Positions 1-9,486 of a DNA stretch of 30,156 nt are shown piece after piece. Source of the stretch: a virus (Duplodnaviria > Heunggongvirae > Uroviricota > Caudoviricetes); the IMG/VR virus record IMGVR_UViG_3300048587_000389, positions 64,001 to 94,156 of that record. One strand, 5' to 3'. Under the pieces are notes generated by a model. The model ran no database searches. It saw only the letters and a list, made by a program, of their open reading frames with translations, and was not told the origin of the DNA. The position numbers were made by a program, and so were the translations under genes. Every line of letters starts with the position of its first letter. Position 1 is the first letter of the stretch.

Positions 1-774
1 GTTCAGGCAAGAGCAAGAGTCAAGAAATTAGCGCAGACAGTTACTACTACTGCGAGAGCAAGAGTCAAGAAATTAGCGCAGACAGTTACTACTACTGCGA
101 GAGCAAGAGTCAAAATATTGCAGACAGTAACAGTTACTGCTAAAGCTAGAGTCGAAAAGATTCAAACTCAAACTGTTACAGCAAGAGCAAGAGTTCGTAT
201 TCTTGGAAACACAAGAACTGTATCTGCGCGAGCAAGACTTAAGATTCTCCAAACATCAACAGTAACAGCTAAGGCAAGAGTAGAGCTTGTAACTTCAAAG
301 ACCGTAACTGCTCGAGCAAGAGTTAAGAAACTTGATCAGTCACAGACTGTTACAGCAAAAGCAAGAATCAAGGTCAATCAAATAGCTACTGTTACAGCAA
401 GAGCTCGTATTAAGAGTTCTGGAACTGTGCAAACAGTAACAGCTAAAGCGCGTGTACGCCACACAGATACAAGCGTAACTGTTCAAGCAAGAGCTAGAGT
501 TAAGCAGATGGCTGCAGTGACAATTACTGCAAAAGCGCGAGTAAAGAAAATATCATCAACAACAATTTCAGCTAGAGCAAGAGCTAAAGTAGCTCAAACA
601 GCTACTGTATCTGCAAGAGCATTTGTTCGTCTCACTAAACCACACGGCGTAGAAGTAGGGCACGGTGTTGGTGACGAAGGTCGAATATTTGATGTCGAAG
701 TTGCAGGAGAAGGGTATGTACAAATTAAGGCTATAACATCAGCCGGCTCGGTATTCAGTCTGAATGTGAATTAG
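1..774 (+). CDS. 5'-truncated basic repeat protein (about 15 T-V-T-A-R/K-A-R-V repeats); probable virion structural or fibre protein
   Basis: Frame 1 is open from base 1 (VQARARVKKLAQ...), so the start lies upstream of the window and the TTG at 118 is internal. Repeat period is 14-16 aa. It sits directly upstream of the neck genes. Confidence 0.6.
   Translation, partial: VQARARVKKLAQTVTTTARARVKKLAQTVTTTARARVKILQTVTVTAKARVEKIQTQTVTARARVRILGNTRTVSARARLKILQTSTVTAKARVELVTSKTVTARARVKKLDQSQTVTAKARIKVNQIATVTARARIKSSGTVQTVTAKARVRHTDTSVTVQARARVKQMAAVTITAKARVKKISSTTISARARAKVAQTATVSARAFVRLTKPHGVEVGHGVGDEGRIFDVEVAGEGYVQIKAITSAGSVFSLNVN
11..113 (+). repeat. exact 45-bp in-frame tandem duplication (about 2.3 copies)
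   Basis: 11-55 and 56-100 are identical (gagcaagagtcaagaaattagcgcagacagttactactactgcga); a partial third copy runs 101-113. Confidence 0.95.
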
Positions 775-804
775 ACGTAAAGCTGCAGTTTCTGAGCGGG
801 ATCA

Positions 805-813
805 TGGTACAAT
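805..813 (+). promoter_or_regulatory. candidate extended -10 promoter (TG-G-TACAAT)
   Basis: The motif lies in the intergenic gap 17 nt before the ATG at 831. No good -35 box is present. Confidence 0.3.
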
Positions 814-830
814 AAACATAGAGAAAAAGT

Positions 831-1997
831 ATGGCAAACGTAACCAAAACACTATCATGGCAGTCTACTGTCGGTGATACAGATCATTATCAGATCGGTA
901 TTGCAACTACATCATCTGGCACGCCAGTTGTTATATTTACAACTGACAATGCAGATACACAAGCAACAATTACGTATGATGCGGCGACGTATCCTACAGC
1001 ATGGTTGTTTGTTAGAGCTATAGCATCAGACAGTAGCGCAAGCGACTGGTCAGATCCTGTAGCAGCAGAGTCTTTAGTCCCACTAATTACTCCACCGCAA
1101 CCTATTCAGTATTGCTATGCGAATGACATCAGAGATTTGCTCATTGGAATGAGTTTCTCTGCTACATTCACAGATAGAGTTTTGAACAAAATAGCTTTAG
1201 GCGCATCAAGAGAAGTAGATAGACTAACAGATAGAAGATTCTCTCCTCAAACAGTGACTGAACGATACAGCGGTACAGGAACAAGCGAACTAACAATTAG
1301 CCATTATCCTATTCTCAAAGTAAATTATTGTCGCATTGAGAGTCCATCCGGACTCGAGATTATAAGAGAGTACAACCAATCAGATTTAGAGCTCAGTGAC
1401 TGGGAAACAGGCATGCTTGTTTTGAAGCCAGTCATTCTTGATAATCTCGATGAAGGATGGAACACCGCAGCATCTTTACTTTACGGTCACATTTTTGCTG
1501 AAGGTATACGGAACGTAGAAGTCAGTTACCAGTACGGTTACATGACTTACACAGAAGGTGAAGAATTACAGTATGTCCAATCTGAGACTAACAGTTCAAC
1601 TGGTGTAGTGTCACGAGTGTACAGAACAATTCACCACAATCTAAATACAAACAACATATCCGTATACAAGAATGGTACTTTGTTAACAAGTGGCTACTCA
1701 GTTGATTCAGCTGAAGGTCTTGTAACCATTGCAAATGGGCTTGAAGATGATACAGTGGTAATGAACTATTACTCAATGGTGCCTCATGATATTGAGGTAG
1801 CAACAGCAAAGCTTGCAGCAATCTCAGTTGTTGCTCAGCATGCAGCAAGTGTTACAGGCGGAGTATCATCATTTAAGAATATGAACTATCAAGAGGTGTA
1901 TGGCGCAAAACCATACTCTAGTACTCTTGATCAGCTCTCACGAGAGTATAGAGGAGTATTAGAAAGATACACCAGATTTGATATGCACGCTGCTTAG
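831..1997 (+). CDS. head-tail adaptor/connector (gp6/gp15-like) with an N-terminal Fn3/Ig-like domain and an internal inserted domain
   Basis: Connector-type segments YCYANDIRDLL, ASREVDRLTDRRF, YPILKV and VPHDIEVATAKLAA. It precedes the head-closure, gp10-like and terminator genes. The N-terminus has an Fn3-like W..Y.I..VRA..WS.P pattern. Confidence 0.7.
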   Translation: MANVTKTLSWQSTVGDTDHYQIGIATTSSGTPVVIFTTDNADTQATITYDAATYPTAWLFVRAIASDSSASDWSDPVAAESLVPLITPPQPIQYCYANDIRDLLIGMSFSATFTDRVLNKIALGASREVDRLTDRRFSPQTVTERYSGTGTSELTISHYPILKVNYCRIESPSGLEIIREYNQSDLELSDWETGMLVLKPVILDNLDEGWNTAASLLYGHIFAEGIRNVEVSYQYGYMTYTEGEELQYVQSETNSSTGVVSRVYRTIHHNLNTNNISVYKNGTLLTSGYSVDSAEGLVTIANGLEDDTVVMNYYSMVPHDIEVATAKLAAISVVAQHAASVTGGVSSFKNMNYQEVYGAKPYSSTLDQLSREYRGVLERYTRFDMHAA

Positions 1998-2010
1998 TGA
2001 GTGCATATAC

Positions 2011-2047
2011 CAGCCGTCAAGTTTTGTTGCTCCTTTCTTGGCGGCTG
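2011..2047 (+). other. 11-bp stem hairpin between adaptor and head-closure genes
   Basis: cagccgtcaag (2011-2021) pairs with cttggcggctg (2037-2047), with one G-U pair and a 15-nt loop. There is no U-tract. Confidence 0.55.
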
Positions 2048-2059
2048 ATACATGTACTT

Positions 2060-2407
2060 ATGATCAAAGGTAAAAACGACACTGCCATCATCAAAACAAG
2101 AACACACACATCTGATGGAAGAGGTGGGGTGACTACTGACTATGCTGTAAAAATTGCAGCTCTTAGTTGTTCATTCCAAGCTGTGCGCAGAGAAGAACTT
2201 CGAATGGATATGCAGGGTGAGTCAGTAACTGAACCATACATGATGATCTATGACAACATTACTTCAGGACCAGTCGTTGAAGCAGGAGATATAGCAGAAT
2301 TTGAAGGAGAAAAATACCTTGTAGTTGTGGTAGCTCATCTTACAGGAATAGGCGATCACACAGAAGCTGTTTTGAAGCGAGTTTCAGGTGATGCTATAGT
2401 AGCATAA
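2060..2407 (+). CDS. head-closure / head-tail joining protein (SPP1 gp16-like)
   Basis: D-G-R-G-G motif near the N-terminus and a small beta-rich protein (..AGDIAEFEGEKYLVV..) after the adaptor. Start moved from 1997 to the in-frame ATG at 2060, downstream of the hairpin. Confidence 0.65.
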   Translation: MIKGKNDTAIIKTRTHTSDGRGGVTTDYAVKIAALSCSFQAVRREELRMDMQGESVTEPYMMIYDNITSGPVVEAGDIAEFEGEKYLVVVVAHLTGIGDHTEAVLKRVSGDAIVA

Positions 2408-2408
2408 C

Positions 2409-2834
2409 ATGTCAGTCAAAATTACAGCAAATACAGCAGATGCACTCAATGCATTGACAAAACTGAAACAAGGAATTATGTGGGCTATTCCTGGCGCAAT
2501 CAATAATAGCACACGACAAATCAGAGACACTATCTATAATGATTACAGACGTTTTGGTCACTCTTCACCATCACATTTGAATCCATCAAGATCAGGAAAA
2601 GGTTTCACAGATAGAAGTGGAAGATTGCGAGCATCTATACGCCAAGATATAGACATAGGTTCAACAAAAGTTGTTGGATCAGTAGAAGCAACAATGAGTT
2701 ATGCGCAATATGTAGAGCTTCTATGGAATGGAAAATACGCTTATCTTGTACCAGCTCTAGTACAGAACTACAACTACATACAACAACAAGTTGAAGAAGC
2801 GGTAATCAGAGCAGTAATGAGACTAACAAAATGA
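2409..2834 (+). CDS. HK97 gp10-like neck/tail-completion protein
   Basis: SGRLRASI and YAQYVE motifs; typical position in the neck operon. Confidence 0.7.
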   Translation: MSVKITANTADALNALTKLKQGIMWAIPGAINNSTRQIRDTIYNDYRRFGHSSPSHLNPSRSGKGFTDRSGRLRASIRQDIDIGSTKVVGSVEATMSYAQYVELLWNGKYAYLVPALVQNYNYIQQQVEEAVIRAVMRLTK

Positions 2835-3283
2835 TAAAAGCAATAACACAAAAAGTCTACGAGATTCTTAGTCAAGATGCGACTCTTACAGCGTTGCTTC
2901 CTGATGTCAAAGACGGCAGCAATGTGTGGGAGATGCGAGTTCCAAAGGCAGTAGCTAATGGAAGCTTTCCTGTTATAACATTTAGAGTAACATCGGGTGC
3001 TCCGCTATTGAGCGTGAGATCACTCGAGGTACTCAGTTGGTACATTGAACTTGAAGTTATAGATAATAAGGCATCAACAGAAGATGTCTGGACAATATAC
3101 GAACGTGTATATGATCTTTTGCACAACAGAAACTTAACAGTTTCACCAGCAATTGCACTAAAATGCGAGATAGATTATGTCAACTCTGATTACGATTCTA
3201 ATACACTTGTTGAATTCGTAACAGCGCGTTTTCAAATATACTCTATGAAAGTTCCATCAACTAATGTTGGTGATTTAGAGTAA
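2831..3283 (+). CDS. tail terminator / tail-completion protein
   Basis: N-terminal 'KVYEILSQDATL', FPVITF motif, 150 aa, immediately before the tail tube gene. Confidence 0.65.
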   Translation: MIKAITQKVYEILSQDATLTALLPDVKDGSNVWEMRVPKAVANGSFPVITFRVTSGAPLLSVRSLEVLSWYIELEVIDNKASTEDVWTIYERVYDLLHNRNLTVSPAIALKCEIDYVNSDYDSNTLVEFVTARFQIYSMKVPSTNVGDLE

Positions 3284-3361
3284 AGCGGAAACAATTGTGA
3301 GAATATAATAAATTAGAAGGTTGCTTAATTGCAGCCCAAATAATATCAGGAGGAAAATAAC

Positions 3362-3886
3362 ATGCCAGTCCCAGAACAAGTTGTTTTTGGTATAGATACC
3401 ATAACACTTACACCATACAGTGGTGGAACTGCTGTTGTGCTTGATAACCCAGAAGACTTTTCAATCGACGTTGCATATTCTGTAGAAGAATTGTACGGCG
3501 GTAATAAGCCATGGATGATTGCAGCAGGCGTCAAAGATATTAAAGGTAAGATTACAGGTCAATCTGCTACTCTTTCACTTGATGCTTTGAAGTTGCTTTC
3601 AAACACTGGAGCTATCACCTCAGTCGGTACACCAGAAGAACATACCCTTAACTTTGCAAATACAGATGTTCCACAGTATTTCAAAGCAGAATGTCGTGTA
3701 CAAATGGCAGAAGGCCAAGTCATTAGATACGTGTTTAATCGTGTTTTAGTCACAGGTTACAAAATCGGTGCTAAGCGTGGTACATTCACACTTATGGACT
3801 TCTCAGCTGTCATTTTGACTGATCCAGCAACAGGTAATGTCGGATTCACAAAAGTCCAGACTACATCAGGTCAAGTAACACCATAA
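3362..3886 (+). CDS. major tail tube protein
   Basis: Strong RBS (aggagg) and a TATAAT at 3304-3309. A 174-aa beta-rich protein between the terminator and the chaperone; no sheath gene is present. Confidence 0.65.
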   Translation: MPVPEQVVFGIDTITLTPYSGGTAVVLDNPEDFSIDVAYSVEELYGGNKPWMIAAGVKDIKGKITGQSATLSLDALKLLSNTGAITSVGTPEEHTLNFANTDVPQYFKAECRVQMAEGQVIRYVFNRVLVTGYKIGAKRGTFTLMDFSAVILTDPATGNVGFTKVQTTSGQVTP

Positions 3887-3921
3887 TAGAAAATTAGGAA
3901 CTAAAAAAGGAGCACACGTTT

Positions 3922-4269
3922 ATGAACTATGTGTTGTATTCTACACCAGTAAAAGTACGCTCAGGACGTGAGTTGATGATACCGCCTATTAGCATGTATC
4001 ATCTACGAAAAATGTTAGAGCTTAAGGATCAAGGTGTAAATCTTGATGAACCAGACGCAGTAGGCATGGGTAAACTCATGTCTTTGTTTGTCGAAATCAT
4101 TCAAGAAAATCACCCAGACCTTACGCTAGAGCAATTTGAAAAAGAAGTCGATGCGCATATTTTGCAGGAAGTTGTAGCGGCTGTGCAAGGCACACCAAAA
4201 AATTCGATGCCTCAGATTGGGATGACGACACCGGTCGAAGAGGCTCCAACCGAGACAAAGATGAGTTAG
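3922..4269 (+). CDS. tail assembly chaperone (G-like)
   Basis: RBS aaggag; located between tail tube and tape measure; contains the slippery heptamer A AAA AAT at 4197-4203. Confidence 0.75.
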   Translation: MNYVLYSTPVKVRSGRELMIPPISMYHLRKMLELKDQGVNLDEPDAVGMGKLMSLFVEIIQENHPDLTLEQFEKEVDAHILQEVVAAVQGTPKNSMPQIGMTTPVEEAPTETKMS

Positions 4270-4475
4270 AGATTGAAAACGTAAATAACATTTACTTCAA
4301 TCTTTCGTCGACTTTACACTTCCCGCCAGATGTCATAGACAAAATGAAGTTGTATATGTGCATAGTCTATCTTAGACGTCTTAGAAAAGCGGGTTACTTT
4401 GGAGACAATAAGAAGTCAGATTATGGTACACCGCAAGACTTTGTAAAATTGTTCGGAAACGGTACAGGATCATAA
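4197..4475 (+). CDS. -1 frameshift extension of the tail chaperone (GT-like; fusion about 184 aa)
   Basis: The -1 frame from 4197 (KKFDASDWDDDTGRR...KLFGNGTGS) is open to TAA 4473-4475, one base before the tape-measure ATG. It is not in the supplied ORF track. Confidence 0.8.
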   Translation, partial: KKFDASDWDDDTGRRGSNRDKDELEIENVNNIYFNLSSTLHFPPDVIDKMKLYMCIVYLRRLRKAGYFGDNKKSDYGTPQDFVKLFGNGTGS

Positions 4476-4476
4476 A

Positions 4477-7083
4477 ATGGCTACACTATCTAATGTCAAC
4501 ATCACAATTACAGCTACTGACCAGACGGCCGGTGGCGTTAATTCTGCGCTTGGCAATGTTTCACGTTTAGGAAGCGGTTTTAGTAGCGTTGGTAGTATAG
4601 CAGCCGGAGTTTTCGGTGGCGTACTAGGAGCCAACGTGTTTTCTCGTGTCGTAAGCGGTATCGGAGGAGTAGTTTCTGGTGCAATGGGTCTTAACAGTAG
4701 AATGCAAGAATCAAGTCTTGTGGCTTCTGCTATGGTTAAGAGTATTGCTGCAACAGAACCTGAAGCTAATAGAGCATTCGGTGGAGCATCAAAAGCTGCT
4801 GAAGCATTCGCAAGAACAATGCGAGAAATAAGAGAGCGCGAAAGTGATGGTCTAGCAGATTATGCTGCTAAGATTGATGACATTAAAGCAAGAATTCAGG
4901 ATGCACAGCAAGATGCAAAGAATGCTGTATCTGAAAGAATTGCAAAAGAAAAGCAACAACTCCAGGATTTAGAATCTCAATACGCAGCAACATACAAGAG
5001 AATCAATGAGAATATCATTGACGAGAATCGTAATTTTGAAGAGCGCATGTATGACATGGCAAACTCAAAGCAAGATAAGCTTGATAACTTAGCTGAGCAA
5101 AGAGCTGATAAAGAAGAGGATATAGCTGGCAAGATTGCAGATCTTAATGAGGATCTTCTTGATGCTCAAACACAAGCAGAAGAAGATGCGATCCTTGCAA
5201 AAATTGCGCTTAGACAACAAGAGCTTACAGAGTTTATTGCAAAAAATGATGCAGAAAAAGCAAAGGTCATTGAAAGAGCTGATCACGAAATTGCATTTGC
5301 AACACAAACACACAACATCAAGATTCAAAGACTTCAGCAAGAGTTAACAGAAGAGCAAGCTGAATACAAAAAGCGTAGAGGCAGAATTGAAGAAGATGCT
5401 AAAGCTGATATTGAGAGAGCAAAGAAAACTTCTGATGAAAAAGTTGCTAACTTACAACAGCAATTAAAGAAAGAAGAAGAAAATCACAAGAGATTCTTAA
5501 GAGACATTCAACAGGCTTATGCAGATGCTGCCACAAAGATGGATTCAGCAGGAAGCTCAGGCGGTGGTGGAACTGTTAAGAGACTTCAATTTGACTTTGA
5601 GTTCAACAAAAATCTCAAAGGCATGGATGATTCTCAGATTAATGAGTTCTTAGATGGCATTCAGCAAAAGTATGTAGAGATCGGTGTCAAATCTCCATTC
5701 AACATCGGAGACATGCAAGAGTTTGGTAAGACAATGATCCGTTACACAGACGGTTCAGTCGATAACATGGAAACTCTGCTTAACATCGGTCAGATGCTTG
5801 CAACACTCGATCCAATGCAAGGTCTACACGGTGCTGCTCTTGGTTTGAACGAGTTGCTCTCAGGCGGTAACGCAAGAGCATTGGCAAGCCGTTTTGAGCT
5901 GCCACCTAACATTTTCGAAGGTCTAGACAAAGCTGCAAGCAATCCAACAGAGCTCTACGCTTTGATGGAAGAGCGTCTTGCTGGTGTCGGTTTGACTATG
6001 GAAGTTGTTGAGGCGCGAACTAAAGCTCTATCAGGTGCTTCAGATAACGTATCAGAAACATTTGCTATCTTGGCAGCTACACTAGCTAAGCCGTTCTATG
6101 ATATGCTTACCAATAGCTTAATTGGTGTCAACAAATTCTTAGCTGAGCACTACACTCAAATCAAAGGAGTAGCAGATCAGGTTGCTGGATTCATGGCCGG
6201 TGGAGGTCAACAGTTTATTGACTTCTTTATCTTCCTTGGCGAACAAATCGGTCTTTTCTGGGCAGAACACGGTGTCAAAATCATTCAATGGTTTACAGAC
6301 ATCTGGAACGGAATACAAATCAACGTTATTCCAGCTCTTGAGTTACTCAAAACAATTTGGACAACTGTACAAAAAGCTATTGAAGAAGTGATTCTTCCAA
6401 GTATGCAGCGTATCTTTGATCGTATTGCTATACTTTGGCAGAAGATTGCTCCTGAAGTAAAGGCTACTCTCGAATTCTTGAAGCAATGGTGGGATGAGCA
6501 TTCTAACCAGATCATGGGTATCATCAAGATAGCATGGGCAATCATCGAATTCGTAATCATGAGAGCAATTGAGGGTGTGGCTCTTGTTATAAGAGTCATC
6601 CTTGCTGCTATCAGAGGAGATTGGGAAGGCGCATGGAAGGCTATTAAAGATTACGTATCTGGTATGTGGGACGCTATCAAGAATCTTGCTAAAGGATTGT
6701 GGGATGGCATCGGTACATACTTCAAAGACGGTATCAACAGTATCATCGATAAAGTTAACGGATTCATCAACAGCATCAACAGACTTGGTGAGAAGAAGAT
6801 TAAGGTTGGGGATGTAGAAATTGGTGGCTTTAGCATTCCAAACATTCCAAGACTTGCTATGGGAGGTATCGTTACCAGCCCAACAATTGCTATGATCGGT
6901 GAAGCTGGCCCAGAAGCAGTTATTCCACTAAGCGGAAAGCAAAGAGGAATGGGTGCAGGCGGCGGTGTTAATGTTTATGTTACAGGCAACGAGATTATGG
7001 ACGATCAAACAGCAAGAAGATTAGCTGACATGATTGGAATTCAAGTTGCTGATAGTCTAAGATTACAAGGAAACTACTTATAA
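4477..7083 (+). CDS. tail tape measure protein
   Basis: 868 aa; N-terminal 'VNITITATD'; long helical/coiled-coil and periodic W/F regions; C-terminal IPRLAMGGIV..MIGEAGPEAVIPL motif. Confidence 0.92.
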   Translation: MATLSNVNITITATDQTAGGVNSALGNVSRLGSGFSSVGSIAAGVFGGVLGANVFSRVVSGIGGVVSGAMGLNSRMQESSLVASAMVKSIAATEPEANRAFGGASKAAEAFARTMREIRERESDGLADYAAKIDDIKARIQDAQQDAKNAVSERIAKEKQQLQDLESQYAATYKRINENIIDENRNFEERMYDMANSKQDKLDNLAEQRADKEEDIAGKIADLNEDLLDAQTQAEEDAILAKIALRQQELTEFIAKNDAEKAKVIERADHEIAFATQTHNIKIQRLQQELTEEQAEYKKRRGRIEEDAKADIERAKKTSDEKVANLQQQLKKEEENHKRFLRDIQQAYADAATKMDSAGSSGGGGTVKRLQFDFEFNKNLKGMDDSQINEFLDGIQQKYVEIGVKSPFNIGDMQEFGKTMIRYTDGSVDNMETLLNIGQMLATLDPMQGLHGAALGLNELLSGGNARALASRFELPPNIFEGLDKAASNPTELYALMEERLAGVGLTMEVVEARTKALSGASDNVSETFAILAATLAKPFYDMLTNSLIGVNKFLAEHYTQIKGVADQVAGFMAGGGQQFIDFFIFLGEQIGLFWAEHGVKIIQWFTDIWNGIQINVIPALELLKTIWTTVQKAIEEVILPSMQRIFDRIAILWQKIAPEVKATLEFLKQWWDEHSNQIMGIIKIAWAIIEFVIMRAIEGVALVIRVILAAIRGDWEGAWKAIKDYVSGMWDAIKNLAKGLWDGIGTYFKDGINSIIDKVNGFINSINRLGEKKIKVGDVEIGGFSIPNIPRLAMGGIVTSPTIAMIGEAGPEAVIPLSGKQRGMGAGGGVNVYVTGNEIMDDQTARRLADMIGIQVADSLRLQGNYL

Positions 7084-8573
7084 TGGCAAGCGTCAGAGTA
7101 ATGATCAGCGGAGTTGATAGAACAATCAACTATGTGAACAATTCACTTGGCATAACTGATGAGTTAGGCGCAAAGGTGAATACTTGTTCGTTTAAGACCT
7201 ATGCTGAGGATGTATCAGGATGGGTACCAGAGGCTGGAAATGAGCTTGAGATTTATGATGGTAGTGATAACATTATCTTTGGCGGCGTCATTACAAAAAT
7301 TGGTGAAAAGAGAGTAGGCTTAACACCAGGAACAACAAGCGAGTTGCTCACATATCAAGTTGATTGCCAAGACTGGACAAGACTTCTACAACGAAAGTTA
7401 GTTGTTGAAACATATCTCAATAAGACATGCAAAGAGATAATGCAGCTAATGATCAACAAGTACTTCCCGTTTGATGAGTTTACACTAGACAATTTTGCTG
7501 ATGGTCCTTTAGTAGCACAAATTGCATTCAACTACAAGACAGGTGATAAAGCGCTAGAAGAACTGGCTAAAGCAGTCGGTTATCAATGGTATGTAGACTA
7601 TAACAGAGATATTCACTTCTTTGCATCAGAAGATTCTGATGTTTTTACAACTATCACAGACGCAACAGACAACTGGAATGATTTAGAAATTACACCAGAC
7701 AGTACACAGCTTCGCAATCGTATTTTTGTGCGTGGAGGTATTTACTATTCTGATCCATTCTTACAGAGCAATGAGGCAGACGGCATTCAGGAAGCTTTTC
7801 TTTTGGCTTACACTCCATCATACGACGGATTCTCACTTACAATTGATGGTACTCCACGAACAGTAGGTATTGACAACGTTGATGAAGCAGCAGACTTTGA
7901 TTTCATGTTGAACAGAAAAGAGAAGACTCTTAAAATGGGTGACACTGAGTGGGCTACTGCAAATACTCCACTACCTGCAGGCACAATTGTTGCAGCAACA
8001 TACAACTATGAAATTCCTATTCTTATCACTCAGGAAGATTCTTCATCAATTACAGCACTTCGTGCAATTGAGGGTGGAGATGGAGTTTACGAATACTTGA
8101 TTAGTGATAAAAACATCACATCTATTTCAGCTGCTCGAGAAAGAGCATACGCTGAATTAAGAGACTATGCTAACCCGATTGTCAAAGGAAAGTACAGAAC
8201 ACATCAGGCAACAGGTGTTAAGGCTGGCAATCTCATTGCAATCAACTCAACAAGACGTGGTCTCAATGCAAACTACTTAATACAAACAGTAAGAATAAGT
8301 CAAATAACACAAGATCAATTACAGTATGACATCCAATTTTCTGGTCGTCTATACAGTCTTGTGGATATTCTTATTCGATTATTCAAAAATTCACAAGAGG
8401 TTGTTCTCGGATTAGACGAAGTTCTTGATGCATTCAACACTTTCTCAGATGCTTTGGACGGAATTGAAGACGGTACACCAACATTCGAAGAGAGTGCTCC
8501 GCCATTCAAGTGGAGCAATGATGCAGGTACAACACCAAACAAAATGCGTTGGAGTTTATTCGAATGGTCATAA
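7083..8573 (+). CDS. tail tip / baseplate hub-like minor tail protein
   Basis: Directly follows the tape measure gene. Hub-type segments ALEELAKAVGYQWYVDYNRDIHFF, LRNRIFVRGG and VKAGNLI. Confidence 0.65.
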   Translation: MASVRVMISGVDRTINYVNNSLGITDELGAKVNTCSFKTYAEDVSGWVPEAGNELEIYDGSDNIIFGGVITKIGEKRVGLTPGTTSELLTYQVDCQDWTRLLQRKLVVETYLNKTCKEIMQLMINKYFPFDEFTLDNFADGPLVAQIAFNYKTGDKALEELAKAVGYQWYVDYNRDIHFFASEDSDVFTTITDATDNWNDLEITPDSTQLRNRIFVRGGIYYSDPFLQSNEADGIQEAFLLAYTPSYDGFSLTIDGTPRTVGIDNVDEAADFDFMLNRKEKTLKMGDTEWATANTPLPAGTIVAATYNYEIPILITQEDSSSITALRAIEGGDGVYEYLISDKNITSISAARERAYAELRDYANPIVKGKYRTHQATGVKAGNLIAINSTRRGLNANYLIQTVRISQITQDQLQYDIQFSGRLYSLVDILIRLFKNSQEVVLGLDEVLDAFNTFSDALDGIEDGTPTFEESAPPFKWSNDAGTTPNKMRWSLFEWS

Positions 8574-8593
8574 AGACGAGGTATAATAGAACT

Positions 8594-9067
8594 ATGCAGA
8601 CTTTACATAAGAAAGACAGCAATACAGGCATAATAGGCGCAGTTAAATTGACTTTTCGTAACGTTAAAACGGGACAAGAAGATGTCATACATATTTTGAA
8701 TGTGTTTTGTGACCTTGGCAAAAACAGCATAGCTGAGAGACTTGCTTTCCAGCAGTCAGGTAAAGGAAAGATTACGTACTTTGCTACAGGTACGTCATCA
8801 GATGTTCCCAACAGATATGACCACATTCTTGGTCAAGAATTATTTCGTAAGCCAATTTCGGTGTTTGCGCATAATTCAAATGTAGCTACATTCACAACGT
8901 ATCTGTCAACTAGTGAATCAAACGGAACATTGACAGAAATTGGTCTCTTTGGTGATGACGCTTCAAGCACTCCAAACAGTGGTGAGCTATATGCACATAC
9001 AACTATCAACAAAGTAAAGACAGAAAATGACACACTCACAATTGAGTGGTCGATTACGGTAAACTAA
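8594..9067 (+). CDS. tail tip / fibre-attachment protein (tail-collar fibre N-terminal-like)
   Basis: YFATGT..ELFRKPI..NGTLTEIGLFG..LYAH..KTENDTLTIEWSITV pattern. Start at ATG 8594 is preferred because it avoids overlap with the upstream gene. Confidence 0.55.
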   Translation: MQTLHKKDSNTGIIGAVKLTFRNVKTGQEDVIHILNVFCDLGKNSIAERLAFQQSGKGKITYFATGTSSDVPNRYDHILGQELFRKPISVFAHNSNVATFTTYLSTSESNGTLTEIGLFGDDASSTPNSGELYAHTTINKVKTENDTLTIEWSITVN

Positions 9068-9068
9068 T

Positions 9069-9485
9069 ATGGCAAGTGTACGAACAGTCACAAACGTCGC
9101 TGCAGGTGATGATGGAACAGCAACTTGGGCAGACCAAGTGTATGATGACATCGGTAATTTGTTTGACGACAAAACAATGAATGCTGCCTCTGACGGAGCT
9201 ACAGTAACGTTCGACATGAACACATCATGTATTCATACAGTAACATTAGGAGGAAACAGAATTCTTGCTGTTACAAATGATATTGACAATAGATTGTTCA
9301 TGATTCGTTTAGTACAAGATGGTGCAGGCGGAAGAACAGTTACGTGGTGGTCAGGAATTAAGTGGCCGGGTGGAACTCCACCAGCGCTCTCTTCAGATCC
9401 AGGTGCAATTGATACATTTATTTTCTTGAGATCAGGATCAGGAGCGTACGACGGTTACTTCGGCGGCTTCCGTTTGACAACATAA
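9069..9485 (+). CDS. minor tail / fibre-associated protein
   Basis: TVTLGGNR..LVQDGAGGRTVTW..IKWPGGTPP..D.F motif, recognisable from phage fibre C-terminal domains. Confidence 0.55.
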   Translation: MASVRTVTNVAAGDDGTATWADQVYDDIGNLFDDKTMNAASDGATVTFDMNTSCIHTVTLGGNRILAVTNDIDNRLFMIRLVQDGAGGRTVTWWSGIKWPGGTPPALSSDPGAIDTFIFLRSGSGAYDGYFGGFRLTT

Positions 9486-9486
9486 T

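Noticed and set aside
11-113. 45-bp direct repeat as a CRISPR array
   Set aside because: The copies are adjacent with no spacers, and the unit is an in-frame multiple of 3 inside a coding repeat.
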